A stretch of 32,000 nt of DNA from Candidatus Electronema halotolerans (GTDB lineage: Bacteria; Desulfobacterota; Desulfobulbia; Desulfobulbales; Desulfobulbaceae): the NCBI GenBank assembly GCA_942493095.1, contig OW818675.1, positions 1,980,001 to 2,012,000 on the forward strand, given 5' to 3'. Both the position numbers and the translations under genes were made by a program. Each line of letters starts with the position of its first letter. Position 1 is the first letter of the stretch. The notes under the pieces were generated by a model. That model made no database searches, was not told where the DNA came from, and saw only the letters and a list, made by a program, of their open reading frames with translations. Positions 8,375-16,867 of the stretch are shown piece by piece.

Positions 8375-10159
8375 TCAGGAAGCGTTGCTTTCCAGAAAGC
8401 CCCAGTAGGGATAGTCGAGCTGATAGGAGGCGATCAGGCCCGGACTGTGCTCACGGCTGGCCACCAGCCAAAGGTCGTTGCACCGCTGCTCCGGCGGATC
8501 GCGGTTGAAGGGGTCCCACTGCGGCAGCAGCACCATTGCGTTGTCTGCCGAATATTCAATGTCGCCGGAACCTTTGAAGGAGCCAAGCTGGGGCTGCTGG
8601 TCGTACTGCCCGTCCTCATGCCGGGTCAGCTCGGAGATGACTAAGAACGAGGCATTGAACTGGTCCCGGAGCGATTCAAACTGCCGCAGCCAGGCATCAA
8701 TGCCGGTGCGCCGCTCGGCCAGATTCTTGAAGGGCAGCTTGTGCAGGCTGTCAATCACCACCATGATGTACTCGGAATTGGTCTCGTGGCGGAGAAAGTC
8801 AAGATGACTGCGCATCAACTCCGGGGTCAGGCGGCGGTCCGTGACCACCCGAAACCACGGCAGAAGCCGACGCAGCTCGGCCTTGCCAGCCTGCAAGCGG
8901 CGGTTCTCCTCGCTGCTGCGGGCTTGGCTTTTGATCTGCTCCACCGAGAGCCTGCTCAGGCGGCAGAGGGTGCGCTGGTAAATCTTCTGCCTGCCGTTCT
9001 CAAAGTCATAGTAAATGACCGGTATCTGGCGGCTGGCCATGTCGCTGGCCACCTGAATGAAGAAGCAGGACTTGCCTGCCTTGGGCAGGCCGCCCATGAT
9101 GTTGATGCCGTGCATGCCGCCCAAGGCCCTGTCCATTCGCGCAAAACCGGAGCGCATGGCAGCGTGGGCATCGCCGCCTTCCAAGCGGAGCTGCTCCTCA
9201 AAGTGAAGGAATTCCCGTTCCGGCGAGCTGAACGGAGAAAAAGACTTGGCCTCCCGGATCAGGCTGAACACGGCCTTCTGATAGGCATTGCCCTGCTCTA
9301 CCGCCATTTTGGTCAGGCACCAGTGCTTGGGCGCAGTGTCTGGCCAGCGGATCATCCTGACCTTGAAGCCCAGCCGTCCGGCAAATTCCCGCGCCGCAGT
9401 CTCGGATTCCGGGTTGCGGTTGACGCAGACAAACAGGGTCTTGACCCAGGCCAGCCGCTCCGCCTCCAGATGGACAAAATCAGCGGCTGAGGCCAAGGCA
9501 ATGCCGGGCAGGCCGAGCTGGCGCAGGGCCAGCAGGTTGTCCTCGCCTTCCGTGATCACCAAGCTGCCGTTTTCGCAGCGCATGATCTCCTGCATGTTGA
9601 AGATGCGGAAGCGGGGCGTGGCAAATTCCTCGTCGCCATGCCAGAAGCTGTCGTCCGGCTTGTCAGGATGGACGCAGCGGGCCGCATAGCAGTTGCCGTC
9701 CTCCTGAAAATAAGGATAGACCAAGTAGCGGCCATTGAAGCCGATCCGCATCTCGTGGAGCACTGCCTTGGAAATGCCCATTGCGGCAAAGCGGATGAGC
9801 AGATCAGCAGTCAGCTTCTCCATGAAGCCGGTGATCTCGTTGTTGATGTTCTTGGCCGGATAGTTGACCTTGGCAGCGGCATAATCGCGGTCCGGGTCAA
9901 AGCCGGGAGCAAGGCTGAGGCTGAGTTTGCTCTGGCGGGCGAACTGAAGCGGGAAGCCGCCAGGCGTGCAGCGGTGCAGGCAGCGGTAATAGCCATGAAA
10001 TTGGTTTTCCGGGCTGTTGATGACGGCCAGCAGCTTTTTGGGGCCGTCCTTGCCCTGTTCGTGGCAGAACGGACATTCGGCAGTGAGAAAGCTCTGCCTC
10101 AGCTCTGCGCCGGGCAGGTGGCGGAGATAAAAGGCAACAATTGGATCATGGCGGTGCAT
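8375..10159 (-). CDS. Phage-type primase-helicase-like protein (zinc motif + TOPRIM + RecA/DnaB-like ATPase)
   Basis: CPFCHEQGKDG..YYRCLHRC zinc motif; VITEGEDNLLALRQLG TOPRIM-like; GGLPKAGKSCFFIQVASDMASRQIPVIYYDFEN Walker A region; YIMVVIDSLHKL Walker B. Confidence 0.65.
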   Translation of the reverse strand: MHRHDPIVAFYLRHLPGAELRQSFLTAECPFCHEQGKDGPKKLLAVINSPENQFHGYYRCLHRCTPGGFPLQFARQSKLSLSLAPGFDPDRDYAAAKVNYPAKNINNEITGFMEKLTADLLIRFAAMGISKAVLHEMRIGFNGRYLVYPYFQEDGNCYAARCVHPDKPDDSFWHGDEEFATPRFRIFNMQEIMRCENGSLVITEGEDNLLALRQLGLPGIALASAADFVHLEAERLAWVKTLFVCVNRNPESETAAREFAGRLGFKVRMIRWPDTAPKHWCLTKMAVEQGNAYQKAVFSLIREAKSFSPFSSPEREFLHFEEQLRLEGGDAHAAMRSGFARMDRALGGMHGINIMGGLPKAGKSCFFIQVASDMASRQIPVIYYDFENGRQKIYQRTLCRLSRLSVEQIKSQARSSEENRRLQAGKAELRRLLPWFRVVTDRRLTPELMRSHLDFLRHETNSEYIMVVIDSLHKLPFKNLAERRTGIDAWLRQFESLRDQFNASFLVISELTRHEDGQYDQQPQLGSFKGSGDIEYSADNAMVLLPQWDPFNRDPPEQRCNDLWLVASREHSPGLIASYQLDYPYWGFLESNAS

Positions 10160-10180
10160 GGCAGCTCCTCAGCGGCCTGT

Positions 10181-11080
10181 TCAGCCGGGTTTGCCAAGAA
10201 GATGGCGCAAGGCTGGTTCGAGTTCCGGCTCCTGAAAGACATAGCCAGTGTCAAGTAGCTGGCGCGGCTGCGCTTTTGCGCTGGCCAAAAGCAGCTCCTC
10301 AGCCATTTCACCGAGCAGCAGGCGGAGCAGCAGGCGCGGCACAGGCAGCAAGGCCGGGCGGCGGAGCACTGCGGCCAGCGTCCGGGTGAAATTACGGTTG
10401 CTGACCGGGCCGGGCGAAACCGCGTTGATTGGGCCGCGCAGTTCCTCGTGCCGGAGGATATGGCTGATGATGCCCGGCAGCTCGCGCAGGCTGATCCAGC
10501 TCATCCACTGCCTGCCGCTGCCAATCACGCCGCCTAATCCCATTGTAAAGGACGGCAGCATTTTTGCCAAGGCTCCGCCTGCCGGACTGAGAACAATGCC
10601 AAAGCGGAGCTGGACCGTGCGGATGCCTACGGCTGCGGCTGGCTGAATCGCCGCCTCCCATTCTTGGGCCACTTGCGCGAGAAAACCTGTGCCTGCCGGA
10701 CTGGCTTCGGTCAGCACCTCGTCACCCCGGTCGCCGTAAAAGCCAATGGCTGAAGCGGAGATCAGCACCTTGGGCTTCTGCTTGGCAGCGGCGAAGAATT
10801 TGGCCAGCAGGCTTGCGCTTTCCACCCGGCTCTGCCGGATGCGCTTCTTGCGGGCGGCAGTCCAGCGGCCTGCGGCAATGTTTTCTCCAGCCAAATTGAT
10901 GACCGCGTCAATCGGGCCGCAGTCGCCCAGTTCGATGATGTTCCGGTCAATGTCCCAGAACGGGGCAGTCTGGCTCTTGCGGCGCAGAGGCAGCACCCGG
11001 TGTCCGGCGGCGGACAGGGTGCGCGTCAGCTCGCGGCCCACCAAGCCGGATGCGCCAGTGATGAGGATGGTTTGTGTCAT
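10181..11080 (-). CDS. TIGR01777-family NAD-dependent epimerase/dehydratase-like protein
   Basis: ILITGASGLVGREL, INLAGENIAAGRWTAARKKRIRQSRVES, ISASAIGFYGDRGDEVLTE, LRFGIVLSPAGGALAKMLPSF. Confidence 0.9.
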   Translation of the reverse strand: MTQTILITGASGLVGRELTRTLSAAGHRVLPLRRKSQTAPFWDIDRNIIELGDCGPIDAVINLAGENIAAGRWTAARKKRIRQSRVESASLLAKFFAAAKQKPKVLISASAIGFYGDRGDEVLTEASPAGTGFLAQVAQEWEAAIQPAAAVGIRTVQLRFGIVLSPAGGALAKMLPSFTMGLGGVIGSGRQWMSWISLRELPGIISHILRHEELRGPINAVSPGPVSNRNFTRTLAAVLRRPALLPVPRLLLRLLLGEMAEELLLASAKAQPRQLLDTGYVFQEPELEPALRHLLGKPG

Positions 11081-11931
11081 GATTTCAAGAGAGCAGAAGC
11101 TGGATTATTTGAGCCGAACCCTTTGGCTCCGCTCAGGGTATGCACATCAAAGCGCACAGTTTTTCCGGTCAAGAAATGCGAGGGCTGGCGGCCAGCGAGA
11201 AAGGGTGCCCAGACAGGCCGCTTGATTGCCACCCGCTGACTGACCGCCAAGGCCGCTGTGAGCAGCTCTTTTTCCGTTTCCGGGTTGTCAGGAGCGGCCA
11301 AGAGCTGGAGAAACTGCGCCTCCTTTTTCACCAAAGCGGATTTTCGCCGTTCCGGGAACATGGGATCAAGATAAATCACCTCCGCCCGTTGGCCATTGAC
11401 CCGCATTTTCTGCAAAACAGCAATTGCGTCGCCGACTGTCAGGCGGATGCGGGCGGCAATTTCCGCAGTTTCCGGGCAAAGACTGGCCTGTTTCAGGCCG
11501 TCAGCCAGCAAAGCGGCCAGCACTGGCTCCCGCTCAACAATCCGCACCTGACAACCTGCCGCAGCAAGGAGAAAGCTGTCCCGGCCCAAGCCGCCTGTGG
11601 CATCAAGCACAGCAGGCCGGACAGTTCCTTTGCAGCCGACCGCCCGCAGCAGCAGTTCCCGGCCCGGCTGCCGCCGCCGGAAGTCAAGTGCTCCGGCAGT
11701 GAAATCCACCCGCAGCGGCCTGCGCAGATGGGGATCATCCAGCTTGAGCAGCTCCAGTCCTGCCTGCGTGAGCCGAAGGAGCAGGCCGGGCTGTTGCCCT
11801 GATTCCGCCAATGGCAGGCCAAGCCTATTCGCCAGCTCTGCCGCTGCTTCGGCCAAGGCTGGCTCAGTCCATGTCACTGCCAGCACTGAAGCGCAATCGG
11901 ACAGAGCAGACTTTGCTGGTTGATATTTCAT
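11077..11931 (-). CDS. rsmJ: 16S rRNA (guanine(1516)-N(2))-methyltransferase RsmJ-like
   Basis: VDFTAGALDFRRRQPG, VLDATGGLGRDSFLLAAAGCQVRIVEREP, VIYLDPMFPERRKSALVKKE. Start at MKYQPAKSAL (11931) preferred over the ORF maximum at 12006. Confidence 0.82.
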   Translation of the reverse strand: MKYQPAKSALSDCASVLAVTWTEPALAEAAAELANRLGLPLAESGQQPGLLLRLTQAGLELLKLDDPHLRRPLRVDFTAGALDFRRRQPGRELLLRAVGCKGTVRPAVLDATGGLGRDSFLLAAAGCQVRIVEREPVLAALLADGLKQASLCPETAEIAARIRLTVGDAIAVLQKMRVNGQRAEVIYLDPMFPERRKSALVKKEAQFLQLLAAPDNPETEKELLTAALAVSQRVAIKRPVWAPFLAGRQPSHFLTGKTVRFDVHTLSGAKGFGSNNPASALLKS

Positions 11932-12041
11932 GACGCACGATGTAACATGAGAACATTTTCTGCAAGAGAAAAAGAGACCAAGGGCGGCAGGCGTGGCCCT
12001 GATCATCCATCATACTTTTTTTGCTGGCCCAGAACAAACAA

Positions 12042-12803
12042 ATGAACACCATGCCGCCGAGCGTGGTCGCGATTATTCCGGCCCGCTGGCAGTCAAACCG
12101 CTTTCCCGGCAAGCCGCTGGCTCTGATTGCAGGCAAGCCGATGATTCAGCATGTGATGGAGCGGGCTTGGCAGGTGCCGCTGCTCTCCCGCGTGGCCGTG
12201 GCCACGGACGACCAGCGCATTGCTGAGGCGGTCGCTGCCTTTGGCGGCGAGGCTGTGCTGACCCGGAGCGATCATGTCTCCGGCACAGACCGGCTGGCTG
12301 AGGCTGCCGAGCTGCTTGGCATTGCCGAGCAGGACGTGGTGGTCAATATCCAAGGCGACCAGCCGCTTTTTGCCGCAGAGGTGATTGAGCAGGCCGCCCG
12401 CCCGCTTTTGGAAGACCCGGCCCTGCCCATGTCCACCTTGATTTACAAGATCATCAGGCCCGAGGAAATCACGGATACAAACCACGTCAAAACCGTTTTT
12501 GACCGTAACGGCAACGCGCTGTACTTTTCCCGCTCGCCGATTCCCTTTCAGCGCAGCCCGGAAGAGGCGGTCAAGCCGACCTATTATAAACACTTGGGCT
12601 TTTACGCCTACCGCAAAGGCTTTCTCCTCACCTTTGTCGCCCTGCCGGAAGGCGAATGGGAACGCTTTGAGAAATTGGAGCAGCTGCGGGCCTTGGAATA
12701 CGGCTATCAGATTAAAGCAGTGCTGACTGAGCACGACTCCATTGAGGTTGACACGCCGCAGGATTTGCTGCGGGTTGAGGCGGAATTGTTGAAAAAATTG
12801 TAG
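12042..12803 (+). CDS. kdsB: 3-deoxy-manno-octulosonate cytidylyltransferase
   Basis: VVAIIPARWQSNRFPGKPLALIAGKPMIQHV, TRSDHVSGTDRLAEAA, VNIQGDQPL, YYKHLGFYAYRKGFL. Confidence 0.95.
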   Translation: MNTMPPSVVAIIPARWQSNRFPGKPLALIAGKPMIQHVMERAWQVPLLSRVAVATDDQRIAEAVAAFGGEAVLTRSDHVSGTDRLAEAAELLGIAEQDVVVNIQGDQPLFAAEVIEQAARPLLEDPALPMSTLIYKIIRPEEITDTNHVKTVFDRNGNALYFSRSPIPFQRSPEEAVKPTYYKHLGFYAYRKGFLLTFVALPEGEWERFEKLEQLRALEYGYQIKAVLTEHDSIEVDTPQDLLRVEAELLKKL

Positions 12804-12846
12804 GGGGCAGGCCCCCGTGCCTGGCCTGTCACATTACCAATTCGTA

Positions 12847-12874
12847 GTAGGGGCGGTTCATGAACCGCCCCTAC
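12847..12874. repeat. REP-like perfect 28-bp palindrome upstream of mdh
   Basis: GTAGGGGCGGTTCA|TGAACCGCCCCTAC. Confidence 0.85.
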
Positions 12875-12890
12875 AGTTCCACACCATGCG

Positions 12891-13817
12891 ATGAACAAAA
12901 AAATAACCATCATCGGCTCCGGCAACGTCGGGGCCGCCGCTGCGCACTGGGCCTTGACCCGTCGTCTGGGCAACATCGTCCTCTTGGATGTCATGGAAGG
13001 CATCCCGCAGGGCAAAGCCTTGGATTTATGGCAGGCCGGGCCGCTGGACGGCTTTGCGGGCACAGTCATTGGCAGCAACGACTATGCGGATTCGGCTGAT
13101 TCAGACGTGGTGATCATCACCGCAGGCTTGGCGCGCAAGCCCGGCATGTCCCGCGACGACCTGCTGGCCAAAAACGTGGCCATTGTCAAGAGTTGCGCCG
13201 AGCAGGCGGTGCGTCATTCGCCGAACTGCTTCATGATCGTGGTCACCAATCCGATTGACGCGATGGTCTATACGGCCTTCAAAGCCTCCGGCCTGCCCAA
13301 GCAGCGGATCATCGGCATGGCTGGCGTGCTTGACTCGGCTCGCTATCGCACTTTCATAGCCAACGCTCTCGGAGTGGCGCCAGCAGATGTCAGCGCGATG
13401 GTGATGGGCATTCACGGCGACAAGATGCTGCCCTTGGTGCGGCTGGCCAATGTGGCCGGCGTGCCGGTCAGCGACCTGCTTGCTGCGGAGCAAATCGCGG
13501 CGATTGTTCATCGCACCCAGCACGGCGGCGGCGAGATTGTCAATCACCTGAAAACCGGCAGCGCCTTCTGCACGCCGGGCTTGGCGGCAGTGGAAATGGC
13601 CGAGGCCGTGCTGACTGACAGCAGGCGGGTCATGCCCTGCGCGGCTTGGCTGGAAGGCGAATTCGGCATCTCCGGCTGCTTCCTTGGCGTGCCCGTGGTG
13701 CTGGGCGCGCAGGGTGTGGAGCGCATCCTTGAGTTCCGGCTCACCGACGAAGAACGGCAGGCCCTTGGCGAATCGGTCGAAGCGGTGCGCCAGCAGATGC
13801 AGGAGACGGGTCTGTAA
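12891..13817 (+). CDS. mdh: Malate dehydrogenase
   Basis: KITIIGSGNVGAAAAHWAL, VVIITAGLARKPGMSRDDLLAKN, VVTNPIDAMVY, GMAGVLDSARYRTFIA, MGIHGDKMLPLVR. Confidence 0.95.
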   Translation: MNKKITIIGSGNVGAAAAHWALTRRLGNIVLLDVMEGIPQGKALDLWQAGPLDGFAGTVIGSNDYADSADSDVVIITAGLARKPGMSRDDLLAKNVAIVKSCAEQAVRHSPNCFMIVVTNPIDAMVYTAFKASGLPKQRIIGMAGVLDSARYRTFIANALGVAPADVSAMVMGIHGDKMLPLVRLANVAGVPVSDLLAAEQIAAIVHRTQHGGGEIVNHLKTGSAFCTPGLAAVEMAEAVLTDSRRVMPCAAWLEGEFGISGCFLGVPVVLGAQGVERILEFRLTDEERQALGESVEAVRQQMQETGL

Positions 13818-13820
13818 CCT

Positions 13821-13848
13821 GTGGGGGCAATTCATGAATTGCCCCTAC
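13821..13848. repeat. REP-like 28-bp palindrome downstream of mdh
   Basis: GTGGGGGCAATTCA|TGAATTGCCCCTAC; same architecture as 12847-12874, one mispair at position 3. Confidence 0.8.
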
Positions 13849-13892
13849 GGAGGAACGCATCGCCGGACACGCAAAACGTCTCGTCGGACACA

Positions 13893-13919
13893 TTGAACGT
13901 ATCCTTCTTATACGTTCAA
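13893..13919. repeat. 10-bp perfect inverted repeat, 7-nt loop
   Basis: TTGAACGTAT-CCTTCTT-ATACGTTCAA. Confidence 0.7.
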
Positions 13920-14046
13920 CCGCTCTTTTGATGCGATGAACACAGCTGCGGAGCGGAAAAACCTGTCCAAGCCATGCTTCATCGTGTTGCCGGAAAGGAA
14001 GAGCAGCTCGCCAGACAGGAAAAATCACTGAACTATTGGATCAATC

Positions 14047-16389
14047 ATGGCGGACAAGACGATCAGCTCTTTGCAGGAAGTGCTGCGGAGACTCACAGAA
14101 AAACGATTTGCTCCTCTTGATTTTCTCAGCGCAGGCAGCCTGACCGAGCGCGCCCTTGCCTTGGCCTTGGGTGACAAGCCGCCATTGATGCCGGACACGG
14201 ACTGCGGTAGGGAATGGGAGAAGCTGGCGCAAGGGCTGCGCAGCTTTGAGGTGCGCGGACTGCGGGCAGTGGCCTTGGGCGGCGGCACTGGTCTGTCACG
14301 GATTGCAGGCGGTGACTCGCGGCGGCCTGAGTGGCGGGATCAGCCCTTCACCGGCCTCAAGGAAATCTTTCCCAATCTCACCAGCATCGTCTGCGTCACT
14401 GACGACGGCGGCTCCACCGGCGAGATGCTCAAGGACTTTCCTCTGATCAGTCTTGGCGACATCCGTCATGTTCTGCTCTCTTCCGTGCGCAGTTCCGGGC
14501 TGCAGGAGCTGTATCATTTAGATGAGGACAAGGCGGCCCAAGCTGCTGCGGTGCTGCACAGTCTGTTCAATTTCCGCTTCAGCCTGCCGCCAGACTCGCC
14601 GGAACAGCTTTGGAAGCAGAGCGGAGCCACCCCGGAACAGCTGCCTGCGCCCTTGGCGGGCGGTCTTTCTGATCTGATGCGGCGGCTGTTCAGCGACCAG
14701 CGGCTGAAGACCTCGCTGCAACGGTCTCAGTGTCTTGGCAATCTGCTGATCGCCGCTGCTGTCTATAGCAAGCTGCCTGCTTTTTTCCGCATCGCCGAGC
14801 TGATCGCCAATCAGAAACGGCTTCAGGCCGCGACCTTGGAAGGAATCAGCGACTTGGCCCATCTTATCGGCGCAGGCAGGAATGCCGTGCTGCCCTGCAC
14901 GCTCACCTCAGCCCAGCTCCAAGTGCTCTATGCCAACGGGGTGCAGGTCACAGGCGAATCCAAGGCCGGGGCAGCGGAACGCGGCTGGCCTGTCGAACGG
15001 GTCAGTGTCCGCTTCTGCGAGGAGCCGCACTTGCCGGAACAGGCGGCTGAAGCATTGCAGAAAGCGGATATCATCATTTTCGCGCCCGGCAGTCTCTACA
15101 CCTCCATCATTCCCATCCTGCAAGTGCCCGGTCTGGCTGATCTGATCCGCAGCAACAAAAAAGCACTCAAGCTGCTGATCGGCAATATCTGGGTGCAGGA
15201 GGGCGAGACCGATGCCACGCTTGATGTCCCGGACAAACGCTTCCATGTTTCTGATCTGATCCGGGCGTATGACGGCAACATTCCCGGCGGCACCCAAGAC
15301 CTGTTCTCTCATGTTCTGGTCTTGGACATGACAGATGTTCCCGGTTCAGTGCTTCAGAACTATGCCTTGGAGAAAAAAGAGCCGATTTATGTGGACAGCA
15401 CCAAGGTGCGCCAGCTCCACTTTGAGCCAGTCCAAGCCCGCATCTTTTCGCAGGACCTGCTGCGGAAGGAGCAGACCGTCCAGCACGATCCTGCCGCCCT
15501 TGCCGCTGCTGTCCGCTGCCTCTGCGGCCTGCGGGCCTGCGGCTTTCTCGATGTCCAGCCGCCGCCGACCGTGCGGATAACCCAGGAGCCGCTGCCGGTG
15601 AGCGTCTGCCCGGACCGGCTTCTGCCCTGCATCCGCTATGAGGAGATCAGCAGGATTGTCCGCACCCTGTCCTTCCGTCAGTTCAATCTGCTTTCTGATC
15701 AGGCCAATGACATGGAGCCGGAGGAACGCGAGCAGTTAGCCGCAGCAGTAATTGAGATACTCTGGCGGCATCCTGACATCCGCCCTGATCACCTCCGGGC
15801 CGTGCAGGGACTCAGCCTGATCAGCACGGCCCGCTGGAGCCGCTGCCAGCAGTGGGACAGCATTTTCTCCTTTTATGACCCAGAAGACGGCTGCCTGAAA
15901 ATCCGCCAAGATCAGATTGAGGAGCAGAATCTTTTGGAGATGCCGCTCTTAGTCGCCTTGGGCCAGTCCCTGCTCGGCAACTACTGTCAGGAAAAGCAGA
16001 TCGAGCCGGTGCTCTTCCAAAACCAGCAGGTGGGCCGAATCTATTGGCTCACAGTCCGGGAGCGGCAGGAACTGAACGGCTTTCTTTCTTCCGAGGAATT
16101 GGACGAATTTCTCCAACTGGCCCAGCTGACCCGCCTGGCACGGCAGCGGCGGCTCTATGCCCGCACGGTCAACGGCGAGGAGGGCTTCATGCCGCCCGGC
16201 CTGCTCTTTGGCCAGCTCTTCGCTTGGTATTTGGACAACCGTTTTGCCCTCAATCTTGACCAGGCAATGATGCCGCCCTTGAAAAACGAAGCTGCCGGGC
16301 TGGTCGTCAAACAGACTGAGACCGCCCGCAGGCAGGAAAAGCTGATCACTTTTTTCCGCGAGCGTGTTTTTCGGGCCAGAAAGGTCTGA
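14047..16389 (+). CDS. CofD/YvcK-like family protein with long C-terminal extension
   Basis: LRAVALGGGTGLSRIAGG, TSIVCVTDDGGSTGEMLKDF, LGDIRHVLLS, IIIFAPGSLYTSIIPILQVPGL, IGNIWVQEGETDA. Confidence 0.8.
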   Translation: MADKTISSLQEVLRRLTEKRFAPLDFLSAGSLTERALALALGDKPPLMPDTDCGREWEKLAQGLRSFEVRGLRAVALGGGTGLSRIAGGDSRRPEWRDQPFTGLKEIFPNLTSIVCVTDDGGSTGEMLKDFPLISLGDIRHVLLSSVRSSGLQELYHLDEDKAAQAAAVLHSLFNFRFSLPPDSPEQLWKQSGATPEQLPAPLAGGLSDLMRRLFSDQRLKTSLQRSQCLGNLLIAAAVYSKLPAFFRIAELIANQKRLQAATLEGISDLAHLIGAGRNAVLPCTLTSAQLQVLYANGVQVTGESKAGAAERGWPVERVSVRFCEEPHLPEQAAEALQKADIIIFAPGSLYTSIIPILQVPGLADLIRSNKKALKLLIGNIWVQEGETDATLDVPDKRFHVSDLIRAYDGNIPGGTQDLFSHVLVLDMTDVPGSVLQNYALEKKEPIYVDSTKVRQLHFEPVQARIFSQDLLRKEQTVQHDPAALAAAVRCLCGLRACGFLDVQPPPTVRITQEPLPVSVCPDRLLPCIRYEEISRIVRTLSFRQFNLLSDQANDMEPEEREQLAAAVIEILWRHPDIRPDHLRAVQGLSLISTARWSRCQQWDSIFSFYDPEDGCLKIRQDQIEEQNLLEMPLLVALGQSLLGNYCQEKQIEPVLFQNQQVGRIYWLTVRERQELNGFLSSEELDEFLQLAQLTRLARQRRLYARTVNGEEGFMPPGLLFGQLFAWYLDNRFALNLDQAMMPPLKNEAAGLVVKQTETARRQEKLITFFRERVFRARKV

Positions 16390-16458
16390 AAAATGCGGTA
16401 TAATAAACAAGGACTATGGAGCTGGACACACTGCCGCCGGGAGAGGAGAGGGGCTGAG

Positions 16459-16830
16459 ATGCGGAAAATATTGATCATAGACGATGACGAGCAAATTCTG
16501 CCCATGCTGGCGCATGCGGTGGAGCTGGCAGGCTATGCTGCGGTGACTGCCTTGGATGGACGGGAGGGGCAGCGACTGCTGGAAAAGCAGCCTTTTGACT
16601 TGGTGATCACGGATCTGATCATGCCGGAACGCGAGGGCATGGAGACCATTACCTATATTAAAAAGAATTTTCCCGCTATTAAAATTATCGCCATTTCCGG
16701 CGGAGGCCGGATTGGGCCGGAAACCTATCTGCCCGCCGCCTTGGAACTGGGTGCGGACGATGCTTTTGCCAAGCCCTTTCCGGTGGAGGAACTGCTGACT
16801 TCTATCAGGAAGCTGCTGAAGGAAACCTGA
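16459..16830 (+). CDS. Single-domain response regulator (receiver)
   Basis: MRKILIIDDDEQILPMLAHAVELAGYAAVTALDG...FDLVITDLIMPEREGMETI...IIAISGGG...DDAFAKPFPVEELL. Confidence 0.92.
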   Translation: MRKILIIDDDEQILPMLAHAVELAGYAAVTALDGREGQRLLEKQPFDLVITDLIMPEREGMETITYIKKNFPAIKIIAISGGGRIGPETYLPAALELGADDAFAKPFPVEELLTSIRKLLKET

Positions 16831-16867
16831 TCTGCAAAGCCTGACCTGACTTGTCCATTTTTTCCTG

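Noticed and set aside
8741-9490. 249-aa plus-strand ORF and neighbouring 9638-10258 ORF
   Set aside because: Antisense to the primase-helicase-like gene, whose motifs are clear on the minus strand.
13101-13835. 244-aa minus-strand ORF over mdh
   Set aside because: Shadow of the confidently assigned malate dehydrogenase gene.
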